A DNA stretch of 64,000 nucleotides from Bdellovibrionales bacterium (GCA_965199825.1 OZ241329.1:1952001-2016000); one strand, 5' to 3'. Shown: positions 10,016 to 18,681, numbered from the stretch's first letter. Notes: generated from the letters alone by a model not told the origin. Translations and numbers: made by a program.

Positions 10016-11182
10016 ATGGATCTATTTAATCCCACCGACGAGCACAAAATGCTTCGCGAAACCATCGAAAGCTTTGTGACCTCGGAAGTCGAGCCTCAAG
10101 CGTTAGAGTATGACCGCAAAGAGCATTTCAACTTAGAACTTTTTAAAAAGCTAGGCGATTTAGGTTTACTCGGAATCTCTGTGGACGAAAAATACGGCGG
10201 CACAGGCATGGATGCGGTGAGCACCGTGATCGCTCACGAGGAAATTTCGACTTCAGATCCTGGTTTGTGTTTGGCTTATTTGGCTCACGCCATTTTATCG
10301 GCACACAATATCGCGATGAATGCGAACGAAGGTATCCGGCTTAAACTTTTGCCCGACCTCTGTCGTGGCGAAAAAGTGGGAGCCATGGCCATTTCTGAAG
10401 CCGATCATGGAACCGATGTTTTAAATATGGCCACCACAGCGATCAAAAAGGGCGATCATTATGTGCTTAATGGTCGAAAGATGTGGATCACCAACGGAAC
10501 CGTTGACGAAAATAAAACTCCTGCCGATGTGGTGGTGGTTTATGCCCGAACGGGGGAGAGCAACGGGAAGCCAAAAATTTCGACCTTTATTGTTGAAAAA
10601 GGAATGAAGGGCTACTCGGTTGGTCAAAAAATAAAAGATAAAACCGGGATGCGCGCCTCCAATACCGCGGAGCTGGTTTTTCAGGATTGCGAAGTTCCTT
10701 TGAGCCACTTGTGCGGCGAAGAGGGCGATTCGATGATTCATATGATGCGCAATTTAGAGATCGAACGCCTTGCCCTTGCCGCAATGAGCTTAGGGATTGC
10801 GAAACGCAGTATCCGAGTGATGCTGCGCTATGCGCGCGAGCGAAAAGCATTTGGAAAATCTTTAAGCCAATTTGGTCAAGTTCAACGCCATATTGCCGAG
10901 AGCTATTCGGAATACATGGCAGCACGATGCTATGTGTACAACACCGCCCACAATCTTGACCTTAAAAGCTCGGGTCAGCGCACCGACTCAGACGGAGTAA
11001 AATTGTTTGCTTCGACTATGGGTAAAAACGTGGCCGATCGAGCGATGCAAGTCTTAGGCGGCTACGGTTATGTGGGTGAGTATGTGGTTGAGAGGTTGTG
11101 GCGAGACGCAAAACTTTTAGAAATTGGTGGCGGCACTCTCGAGGCGCATCAAAAAAATATCACCCGCGACTTACAAATTTAA
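10016..11182 (+). CDS. Acyl-CoA dehydrogenase (isovaleryl-CoA dehydrogenase-like)
   Basis: LNGRKMWITNG, GGYGYVGEYVVERLWRDAKLLEIGGGT; GGAGG SD before ATG 10016. Confidence 0.9.
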   Translation: MDLFNPTDEHKMLRETIESFVTSEVEPQALEYDRKEHFNLELFKKLGDLGLLGISVDEKYGGTGMDAVSTVIAHEEISTSDPGLCLAYLAHAILSAHNIAMNANEGIRLKLLPDLCRGEKVGAMAISEADHGTDVLNMATTAIKKGDHYVLNGRKMWITNGTVDENKTPADVVVVYARTGESNGKPKISTFIVEKGMKGYSVGQKIKDKTGMRASNTAELVFQDCEVPLSHLCGEEGDSMIHMMRNLEIERLALAAMSLGIAKRSIRVMLRYARERKAFGKSLSQFGQVQRHIAESYSEYMAARCYVYNTAHNLDLKSSGQRTDSDGVKLFASTMGKNVADRAMQVLGGYGYVGEYVVERLWRDAKLLEIGGGTLEAHQKNITRDLQI

Positions 11183-12523
11183 AAGCGGCGGGTGTTTTAC
11201 AATTTGTTCTGAAATTTTTCGACCATTGAGTTTGCATTTTAAAACCGACAAAAACACAAATGTCCCACCGAGTTTGCGGTCGAGAAATACAATTTCTCTC
11301 GGAGGGGTTCTCACCCGAAATGTAAATGCCAAATCGGTGGCTTGTTTGGCCACCCGGTTGGGTAAGTCCGAAGCTCCCCAATCGTAAATTCCGTCTTGAT
11401 CCATAAACTCTTTTGGTGCAAGCGCGGGTTCAACAAAGGGTTCACAAATCATAAAGCAAAGCTGAATATATTTTCTGATCAAATCAAGCGGGTCATCGGG
11501 CATCAAGAGCGAAAGACCTTGTCCGCCTTCAATCACCATTTCGGAATTGTGTTCGAAGCCACCCTTCATCAATTGATGGTAGCTCTTTAAAAAATCAAGA
11601 GGCACTTTTCTGACCGCTCCAAAATCGAGCAAGATCAGTTTGTCTTTTTCTTTTCCTATTGCGATTCGATAATTTCCCAGATGCGGATCGGTTTGGACTA
11701 ATCCAAATTCAAGGAGCTCTTTAAGATAAAGATCTAAAAAGGCCTTTCCTAAAAGATTTCGACGTTCTTGCGAAAGGTCGGCCACTTTTTGGCTATCGGC
11801 CACATCGCCCTCAAGAAAGGATGTGGCAATCACACGCTGACTCGAAAAATCATCGTAAACTTTTGCAACCAAATAGCGCTCATCGTTTTTTAAAAGATCA
11901 TAAAACTGCTTAGTAAATTTGGCTTCGATCCGGTAGTCGACCTCTTGGTGAAGCATCTCGCGAACCTCAACAAAAATTTGATCAAAGCGTGGACCTTTGG
12001 GCAAAATATGAGCCACTGAAAAGATGGTTTTTAAAACTCGCAAATCATTATCGATCGCCTTATCCACTCCAGGATATTGAATTTTAAGAGCAAGCGGAGT
12101 GCGGTCGGACTTGATCCAGGCCCGATGCACTTGACCTAAAGAGGCTGCAGCGGTGGGAGTTTCTTCGATTTCAAGAAGTGCGAGTTTGTCTTTTCCCAAT
12201 TCTTTTAACAAAACTTTTTTTATTTGGGAGTAAGCCAGTGGTGGAGACTGAAACTGAAGAGATTTTAATATTTGATTGGCCTCTTTGGGCAAAAAATGTT
12301 CTCCGTACATCGAGAGCATTTGGCCCACCTTCATCAGCGAACCTTTAAGTTCGCCGAGTTCCTTGGTGAGGCTTTCTATTTGTGAGGCGATAAATTCGGT
12401 GGGATTCCCGGTGATCGCCCCTTTGGCCGCAAGGACCCCAGTGCGCAGGCCAATTTTGGCTAAGCTGAAGCTACGAGAAAATATTCCGGATTTAATTTTT
12501 GCCAGTTCTTTTGGTTTTGCCAT
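11171..12523 (-). CDS. AarF/ABC1/UbiB family atypical kinase
   Basis: KVGQMLS, AAASLGQVH, ALKIQYPGV, QTDPHLGN, LLDFG. Confidence 0.92.
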   Translation of the reverse strand: MAKPKELAKIKSGIFSRSFSLAKIGLRTGVLAAKGAITGNPTEFIASQIESLTKELGELKGSLMKVGQMLSMYGEHFLPKEANQILKSLQFQSPPLAYSQIKKVLLKELGKDKLALLEIEETPTAAASLGQVHRAWIKSDRTPLALKIQYPGVDKAIDNDLRVLKTIFSVAHILPKGPRFDQIFVEVREMLHQEVDYRIEAKFTKQFYDLLKNDERYLVAKVYDDFSSQRVIATSFLEGDVADSQKVADLSQERRNLLGKAFLDLYLKELLEFGLVQTDPHLGNYRIAIGKEKDKLILLDFGAVRKVPLDFLKSYHQLMKGGFEHNSEMVIEGGQGLSLLMPDDPLDLIRKYIQLCFMICEPFVEPALAPKEFMDQDGIYDWGASDLPNRVAKQATDLAFTFRVRTPPREIVFLDRKLGGTFVFLSVLKCKLNGRKISEQIVKHPPLLNL

Positions 12524-12605
12524 GTGGGTTTAAGAGTATGTCAACTTTGCCGGATACACAAATGCAGTTGCGAATTCGTTATTCCTCCCGCACCATCCTC
12601 AACTT

Positions 12606-13643
12606 ATGACTGCAGCCGTATTGACCGTGGGTACCGAAATCACCAGCGGTGAAATTTTAAATCGCAATAGCTCCTGGATCTCAGACCGTCTCGAAAAATT
12701 TGGGGTTGAGGTTTTGATTCATATGAGCGCCCCTGACGATCATGACTTGATTCTTTATGCATTAAATAGCCTTAAAACCAAAGTCGACCTCATTTTGGTG
12801 ACAGGCGGGCTTGGTCCAACCACAGATGATTTTACCCGTGAGGTCATTGCCGATTTTGTTCAGCAGCCTTTGGTTTTCAATCAAAAAATATTTGATGATT
12901 TAAAAAGACTTTATACTCAGCGAGGCCTTCCACTCCGAGAGGCCCACCGTCAGCAATGTTATTTTCCCGAGACTGCACAAATTTTAAATAATCCGGTGGG
13001 AACTGCTCATGGGTTCCTGCTTCAAAACCAGTCGCTCACCCTTGCGGTTTTGCCTGGACCTCCGCGCGAGGTCGAAGGGGTTTTTGATCTCGATTTTGCT
13101 CAGTACTTACTTACGCTCAAAATCGAAAAGCAAAATCAGCTCACCGTTTTTAAATGTTTGGGTGTTCCTGAAAGTGAAGTGGCCGAGATTGTCGAAAAAG
13201 AGTTGGCAGGGAAGGGCTTGATACTTGGCTACAGAGCCTCACACCCTTATGTTTATGTCAAAATTTGGGCGCCCCCTAATCAAACATTTTTTGTTGAACG
13301 ACTGAAATCTCTCTTAAAATCCTGGTTGATCGAAATCGATCTGGCCGAAGCCTTCCTAAAACTAGCTCCGCCTTCGGCTGTTATTTTAGATCAAGCCTCT
13401 GGAGGGCATTTGATGTTGCGACTCCAACCGTTTTTAAAACTTCGCCCCGACATCTCGATATTATTTTCTAAAAATCATTTTGAATCTCAGTTCGTGTTAG
13501 AGCAGCATTCCGATTCTTTTGTGGTCAAGGCACCCAATTTGGTTGAGACCATTTTGCTTCCCTATAAAATGGTGGCCGACTCTGATCGCGGCCGAATTTT
13601 TATGGTGGAGCACGCTTTAAAGATATTTGTGAATGGACTTTAA
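12606..13643 (+). CDS. cinA: CinA-like protein (MoCF-biosynthesis-type N domain; degenerate C domain)
   Basis: VGTEITSGEILNRN, TGGLGPTTDDFT, NPVGTAHG, LPGPPRE. Confidence 0.82.
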   Translation: MTAAVLTVGTEITSGEILNRNSSWISDRLEKFGVEVLIHMSAPDDHDLILYALNSLKTKVDLILVTGGLGPTTDDFTREVIADFVQQPLVFNQKIFDDLKRLYTQRGLPLREAHRQQCYFPETAQILNNPVGTAHGFLLQNQSLTLAVLPGPPREVEGVFDLDFAQYLLTLKIEKQNQLTVFKCLGVPESEVAEIVEKELAGKGLILGYRASHPYVYVKIWAPPNQTFFVERLKSLLKSWLIEIDLAEAFLKLAPPSAVILDQASGGHLMLRLQPFLKLRPDISILFSKNHFESQFVLEQHSDSFVVKAPNLVETILLPYKMVADSDRGRIFMVEHALKIFVNGL

Positions 13644-14324
13644 ATGATTCAGGTTGGCGAGCATCTTTTTAGCGCCCAAACGATTATCGATGAGTTGTCT
13701 AAATATCTGATGCCCGAACGGCTTTTAAAAATTCAACAGGTAGCGCTTCATCGGATTGTTGATGTGGTCCCGGTGTTAGAAAATATTTATGATCGCGGCA
13801 ACATCAGTGCGGTGATGCGAACCGGTGAAGCCTTAGGATTTGCAAATATGGCGGTCATCGATTCTAAACCACAAAAGTTTAAGGCCGCCAATCGGGTGAC
13901 ACAGGGTGCGGACAAATGGCTTGAGGTCAAAAATTACTCATCCGCTTTAGAGGCGATCGAGGATTTGAACTCACAAGGTTTTGCGGTTTATGCGACTGCG
14001 CTCACAGAAAAATCTTTACCTCTTGATCAAGTTCCATTTGAAAAAAAAATGGCTTTTATATTGGGCAATGAAAAAGATGGGGTCAGCCCCGAAGCCTTAA
14101 ACCTGTGTCAGGGAAATTTTTTAATTCCGATGAGTGGATTTTCGCAAAGTTTTAATATTTCGGTGGCGGCGGCTTTGGTATTTCAACAAGCGGTGATCGC
14201 AAGAAAAAACAATCTTCGGATAGATCAAGACTTACAAAATGAATTGATCGCAAAGTATATGTTAAAAAGTTTGGGCTCTGGCCAAAAAATTTTAGAACAA
14301 GCTCGGCTCAACGGAAAAATTTAG
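13644..14324 (+). CDS. trmH: TrmH/SpoU family RNA 2'-O-methyltransferase
   Basis: GNISAVMRT, LGNEKDGVS, IPMSGFSQSFNISVA. Confidence 0.85.
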   Translation: MIQVGEHLFSAQTIIDELSKYLMPERLLKIQQVALHRIVDVVPVLENIYDRGNISAVMRTGEALGFANMAVIDSKPQKFKAANRVTQGADKWLEVKNYSSALEAIEDLNSQGFAVYATALTEKSLPLDQVPFEKKMAFILGNEKDGVSPEALNLCQGNFLIPMSGFSQSFNISVAAALVFQQAVIARKNNLRIDQDLQNELIAKYMLKSLGSGQKILEQARLNGKI

Positions 14325-14832
14325 ACTGGGTCTCAATGCGGGAGAGCTCTTTGTCATTGTGAGCCCGCAAACTTTTAAGATTTTTTAGTTCGCGTTCGGT
14401 GCGTGACGGGGATTCGACACTTTGAACTTGAGTGAGGATTGATTCCATTTTTCTTTCAAGATTCAAATTTTCGCGTTGAAGTGCCAGCACCCGGCGGCCT
14501 TTTTTAAATGCGGTTAAAAAATCGCCTTCAAGATGAAACGGACACACATAGTAATAAAGCTCGCCACTTTGCCCCAAGGAATAGCCATTTTGGGGAGTGC
14601 AAAACTCGATCAGCCCTCGATCGCGACCGTTAAGATACATCGCCTGAAAGCTTTCGGTCATGGTCTCGGCACACTCGTTTTGATAACTCTCAAGACTATC
14701 GGCGGCGCGACCCATCGAGCCGTCACGACGACCCAACTCATACCAGTCTGCATTTTTACAAAACGATTGGGTTTGGGGGCTAACACATCCCCAAGTTGAG
14801 AAAACGAGCAAAAAGAGCATTGCATGTTTCAT
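14308..14832 (-). CDS. DUF2799-like lipoprotein
   Basis: Lipobox TWGC, C..ADWYELGRRDG, GLIEFCTPQNGYSLG. Confidence 0.8.
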   Translation of the reverse strand: MKHAMLFLLVFSTWGCVSPQTQSFCKNADWYELGRRDGSMGRAADSLESYQNECAETMTESFQAMYLNGRDRGLIEFCTPQNGYSLGQSGELYYYVCPFHLEGDFLTAFKKGRRVLALQRENLNLERKMESILTQVQSVESPSRTERELKNLKSLRAHNDKELSRIETQSKFFR

Positions 14833-14994
14833 TAAGGATCCATTCTTAATACTTATTTTGAAAAATTTCAATTGAGCTGGGCTTTAAAAGAAGAACTTAC
14901 GCCTGTGTTTAAAAGTTAGTGAGTGGAATCGCCCTCAAGTCTAGTTTGAACCATTTGATTGAAGTTCCTTAAAGCCTTTGGCATTTTAGGATTT

Positions 14995-15513
14995 ATGACT
15001 GCTACAAAACCAAAATCAAAATCTAAAGATGTGGGTGTTAAAGATCTTTTGTTTCAAAAGGTGGCGGTGTTTGTTGACGCCGAAAATATTGAACTCTCAG
15101 GCCTCAAGCATCACGAAGGTCGCACCGATTACAAAAAGATTTTGGAACAGGTCGGAGATCGCGAGATCATCCGAATTTTATATTATAAGCCGGCCTATAA
15201 AGAGGTTTCCGAAGAATTCGAAAATTTTTGGAGCCGCCTTGGTGGCGAAATCAGACGGCCAAGCAAAAACGCCGATACCGTCTTGGTGATTGATGCGGTT
15301 ACCATGGCCGAAAAAATTGATGTGGCCATTATTTTGGGGGGCGATAAGGATTTTATCCCCCTCACTTGGTATTTGCGCTCTCGGGGCTGTCGGGTCGAAA
15401 TTTGGTCTTGGCCCGAAACGACTTCGCCCGAAATGAAAGAGGCTGCCGACTTTTATTTCCCACTATCAAAAGAATATGTGATGCCCGAGCCGACAAAAAC
15501 CAAAAAAGCCTAG
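14995..15513 (+). CDS. NYN-domain (LabA/DUF88, PIN-like) putative ribonuclease
   Basis: VFVDAENI, KNADTVLVIDA, GGDKDFIPL, RGCRV, AADFY; catalytic acidic residues present. Confidence 0.88.
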   Translation: MTATKPKSKSKDVGVKDLLFQKVAVFVDAENIELSGLKHHEGRTDYKKILEQVGDREIIRILYYKPAYKEVSEEFENFWSRLGGEIRRPSKNADTVLVIDAVTMAEKIDVAIILGGDKDFIPLTWYLRSRGCRVEIWSWPETTSPEMKEAADFYFPLSKEYVMPEPTKTKKA

Positions 15514-15554
15514 CCAGTGGAGCGCCTTCAAGGCTAAAAAGACTTTTTTCTTAT

Positions 15555-15631
15555 GCGATCGTAGCTCAGTTGGATAGAGTACCTGGCTTCGAACCAGGGT
15601 GTCGGGAGTTCGAGTCTCTCCGGTCGCACCA
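15555..15631 (+). tRNA. tRNA-Arg, anticodon TCG, CCA encoded
   Basis: Acceptor GCGATCG/CGGTCGC, D arm GCTCAGTTGGATAGAGT, anticodon arm CCTGG-CTTCGAA-CCAGG, T loop GTTCGAG, 3' ACCA; 77 nt. Confidence 0.96.
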
Positions 15632-15980
15632 ACTCTTATTCTTAAATTCGACCCGGGCTCCTGCCCTGACTTCATCGGCGATCGGCATCCAGCCGATCGG
15701 CCCTGCGGGCTTCCCGCTGAAGACGTCGAATTTAAGAATGAGAGTTGGTGAGCACTTTTAATTCAGACCCGGGCTCCTGCCCTGACTTCATCGGCGATCG
15801 GCATCCAGCCGATCGGCCCTGCGGGCGTCCCGCTGAAGACGTCGAATTTAAGAATGAGAGTTGGTGACACTTTTAATTCGGACTTGGGCTCTATCCCGGA
15901 CTCAAGTGGCGATCGGCATCCAGCAGATTGGGCTTCGGCTCCCCAATGAAGATGTCAAATTTGAAAATGGAAAGTGGTAT
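15627..15980. repeat. Three tandem ~116-bp GC-rich multi-hairpin repeats attached to the tRNA 3' end
   Basis: Cores at 15650-15751 and 15766-15867 differ by one base (loop CTT vs CGT); degenerate third copy starts at 15881; 26-bp inverted repeat 15627-15652 / 15725-15750. Confidence 0.93.
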
Positions 15981-16231
15981 TACGTTTTCAAATACCTTCG
16001 TTCGCTTTTTTTTGTAGTTAAGCGAAATCATTAATATAGAAATTTAGGTCCTAATAAATTTTTTGAAGTTGTTGTCTCGAGTTGGTGAAACGCCAATTTA
16101 CATTTGTCGCCTCGGACAAGTGACGTTTAATGGCATTTGCGATTGTGAACTGTATAGGGATGTTATTAGGATGGGTTCTCAATTTGCACTACGAACTTCG
16201 AACTCACTCAATTTTAACTTCTGGAGAAGAG

Positions 16232-16729
16232 ATGACCAAGACGCTTAAGATCTCTGTTCTGACATTTTGTATTCTAGGAATGCTGTCGGCACATGCCCAA
16301 AGCGATTCACCTCTTCATAAAGCGATTGATAATATTTTGGATAATCGAACGTTGAGTGGAACATTAGTCAGTACTGGGTTTAAATATATTATAGTCGGAT
16401 CAGCAATTACTGGGGTCGGTGCTATGATAGATCTCATCAATGCGCCCCGAGCCCTTTCTCTAAATACGGTTCGGTTAGGGAGCGGCGTGGCGGTTGGGGC
16501 TGCTGTAATTATATTAGCAGGAGTTTTGATTGCAGTTGTTGAACCCTCTTCAGCAAAAGCGGCGACTTTACGAGAATATTTCTTAACGCCTGAAGGCTTT
16601 CAGATGTTTATTTCGATGCCGCCCGATCAGATGGAATTTTACGCCAGTCGGTCCGAAAGATTAACAAATTTAGTTCTACAAGTGAGCAATGGAATCGATC
16701 AAGTGCGCGCGAGTGGTCGTTTAAACTAA
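16232..16729 (+). CDS. Hypothetical exported/membrane protein
   Basis: GGAGAAGAG SD before ATG 16232, signal peptide ending AHA, two Gly/Ala-rich hydrophobic helices, terminator downstream. Confidence 0.75.
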   Translation: MTKTLKISVLTFCILGMLSAHAQSDSPLHKAIDNILDNRTLSGTLVSTGFKYIIVGSAITGVGAMIDLINAPRALSLNTVRLGSGVAVGAAVIILAGVLIAVVEPSSAKAATLREYFLTPEGFQMFISMPPDQMEFYASRSERLTNLVLQVSNGIDQVRASGRLN

Positions 16730-16757
16730 TACTATTTATAAATCCAGATTATCTCAG

Positions 16758-16782
16758 AGGCCCTATAGGGGCCTTTTTTTTT
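16758..16782 (+). terminator. Rho-independent terminator
   Basis: AGGCCC-TATAG-GGGCCT followed by a T run. Confidence 0.85.
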
Positions 16783-16784
16783 GT

Positions 16785-16804
16785 CCGGGCTCCTGCCCAC
16801 TTCA
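16785..16804 (+). repeat. Partial isolated copy of the tRNA-associated repeat
   Basis: CCGGGCTCCTGCCC(ACTTCA) matches the start of the repeat core CCGGGCTCCTGCCCTGACTTCA. Confidence 0.6.
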
Positions 16805-16872
16805 GGTTTTAGTTTGCATACGCGCAGCTTCTGCAGGGAATTTAAATTCGTTAAAGGCACCCACACAAGAAT

Positions 16873-17472
16873 TTAATTTTGTGGGCTGCGCTCAAACAGA
16901 GTTACGATGCTGTCGCCGGAAGGGCAGACATAATCGTGCAGTTCTGATTTTGAATTGGTCACTCGCAAGATATTATCTTTGATTTGATAGGCGGTTTCTT
17001 GGATGAGTTGGCCTGATAAACTCTCGCCTGGGCATGTGGAAGTAAACACACCAAGTTGAGTTTGAATTTTTGATTCATTTAGGGTGTAAAACGAGGTTGT
17101 GGCAGAGGTGCAATTGAAGCCCTTTGCAAACTGCTCGGTTTCTTTAAGGGTTGATTTTAAACCTGATAAAGATTTTTTTTGTTCGTCACTGCCACGGGCT
17201 TCAATATCTGCAATTGCATTTTTGAGCTCTGCGATTCTTTGTTGAGCAAATTCAGGAAGATATTTAAAACTGATCTTAGATTTTGCTTTGATTTTGTAGC
17301 GCGAAACTTTGAGCTCTAATTTTTCGGTCATTTTTAAGTAGTCGTTGGTGACTTTAGCAGAAGTGCCTGAGGAGCATTCGATTCCGGTTTTTTCCCATTG
17401 GCCTTCAAGTTCGTGAGCCGAGGCAACGTTTGACAAGATAGCGAACACAAAAATGATCGAAAGATTTTTCAA
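16873..17472 (-). CDS. Secreted hypothetical protein, lipocalin-like, paralog A
   Basis: Signal peptide, LEGQW...CSSG, CP.GDS.V C-terminus; GAGGAG SD before TTG. Confidence 0.78.
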   Translation of the reverse strand: MKNLSIIFVFAILSNVASAHELEGQWEKTGIECSSGTSAKVTNDYLKMTEKLELKVSRYKIKAKSKISFKYLPEFAQQRIAELKNAIADIEARGSDEQKKSLSGLKSTLKETEQFAKGFNCTSATTSFYTLNESKIQTQLGVFTSTCPGESLSGQLIQETAYQIKDNILRVTNSKSELHDYVCPSGDSIVTLFERSPQN

Positions 17473-17559
17473 CTTAAAAACTCCTCATTGGATTGTTCAA
17501 CAATTCATGAGGTCAAGAAATCATAGGGTGAGTTGTTAATCAACTTAGTTTTATAGAGC

Positions 17560-17590
17560 GGTCTGCAGTGGTCTTCACCAAGTGCAGACC
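17560..17590. terminator. Intergenic hairpin between the paralogs, probable terminator
   Basis: GGTCTGCA...TGCAGACC with inner TGGT-CTTC-ACCA. Confidence 0.5.
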
Positions 17591-17607
17591 CTGCATTTAA
17601 ATCCTGT

Positions 17608-18207
17608 TTACTTTATCTTTTCAAGGATCGAGACCATGCTGTCGCCTTGAGGACAGTAATTATTGGTCGATGTTTCAACTTCGGAGCTTTTTACACGCAG
17701 AATATTGTTGGTGATGGTGAAACTTGCTGTTTCAGATTTTCGGTCGGGTGGCACGCGGTGTGGGCAAGTCGAATTAGAGCTCAAAGTTTCAGTGTTGAGC
17801 TGGTCGCCATCAACACGGTAACTCACCTTATCTTCAATCTCACAATGTGTATCGGAAAACTTCAAAAGTTGCTCTAGATATTCTTTGGCTTGGATCAACT
17901 GTTCTTGTTTAGCAGAGCTTTCTGGCAATTGCTCAATCTCGTTAATTTTTGATTCATATTGTTTGGTGAGATCAAATAGAACTTTTGGATCGATCGAGTA
18001 AGTGACCTGCGACTTAACCTCAGCTTCGGTTTTACCAAAGGTGATCACAGTTTCGTGTTGAAAGCGGACTGTTTCGGACTGATGCTCATTTCGAGCAACA
18101 CCCGAAGAGCAGACCGTACCGATTGTTTTCCATGTGCCTTCAAGCGGGTTTGCAAAGGCCGCACCTGAAAGTGCGCTTAAGATTACAATAAGAGCCAACT
18201 GTTTCAT
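17608..18207 (-). CDS. Secreted hypothetical protein, lipocalin-like, paralog B
   Basis: Signal peptide AFA, LEGTW...CSSG, YCPQGDSMV; AAGGAG SD. Confidence 0.82.
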   Translation of the reverse strand: MKQLALIVILSALSGAAFANPLEGTWKTIGTVCSSGVARNEHQSETVRFQHETVITFGKTEAEVKSQVTYSIDPKVLFDLTKQYESKINEIEQLPESSAKQEQLIQAKEYLEQLLKFSDTHCEIEDKVSYRVDGDQLNTETLSSNSTCPHRVPPDRKSETASFTITNNILRVKSSEVETSTNNYCPQGDSMVSILEKIK

Positions 18208-18282
18208 TCTATCTCCTTAAAATCTAATGAGTCTTTCTTACCAAAATGGGGTCGGACTCTTAAGAGATAAATGGAGGCTTTG

Positions 18283-18313
18283 AAAAGAGCACCCAATTTT
18301 TTGAATTGAGTGC
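18283..18313 (-). terminator. Probable Rho-independent terminator
   Basis: Minus strand GCACTCAATT-loop-AATTGGGTGC followed by TCTTTT, just after the 18322 stop. Confidence 0.6.
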
Positions 18314-18321
18314 AAAAGATA

Positions 18322-18681
18322 TTATAAACACGTCCCGTCGTTGGCCATGCCGGTGACGATACCATTCACACTTTGAACATTCGTGGCGTCTTGTCTGCCA
18401 CCGGCTGCCATAAATGAATCATGGGAATTGAACGAACAATAGTGACCCTGACCATTTGAATTGTAGATTGCGGGTTCTGTATTGATTTTAAAAAAATCTG
18501 CGGCCATTGCTGGTCCGATACAGGCCCCATCTTCATGCATTCCGTAAGTGGTGCCCTGAACTGAATTGATTTTGCTGCCAAAGTCGAACAGGCCATACAA
18601 CAAGTTTTGTTTAAACAGCACAGAACCGACAACTAAACCAATGGTTAAGTGATCAATAGGAGACTCATCAAAATAAGACAA
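18322..18681 (-). pseudogene. Probable 3' remnant of a Cys-containing repeat protein gene
   Basis: Internal duplication SVQGTTYGMHEDGAC / SVNGIVTGMANDGTC; no convincing start, SD or signal peptide. Confidence 0.45.

Noticed and set aside
15366..15761. 131-aa ORF (and the 69-aa antisense ORF at 15466-15675)
   Set aside because: They overlap the NYN gene end, the tRNA and the repeats; shadow ORFs
15627..15980. CRISPR array
   Set aside because: Units are ~116-bp tandem copies with no unique spacers, and no cas genes are present
15650..15980. Diversity-generating retroelement TR/VR pair
   Set aside because: Differences in copy 3 are not adenine-specific, and there is no reverse transcriptase in the window
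16079..16088. GAGTTGGTGA matching the repeat 3' end
   Set aside because: Only 10 nt with no flanking similarity; compatible with chance
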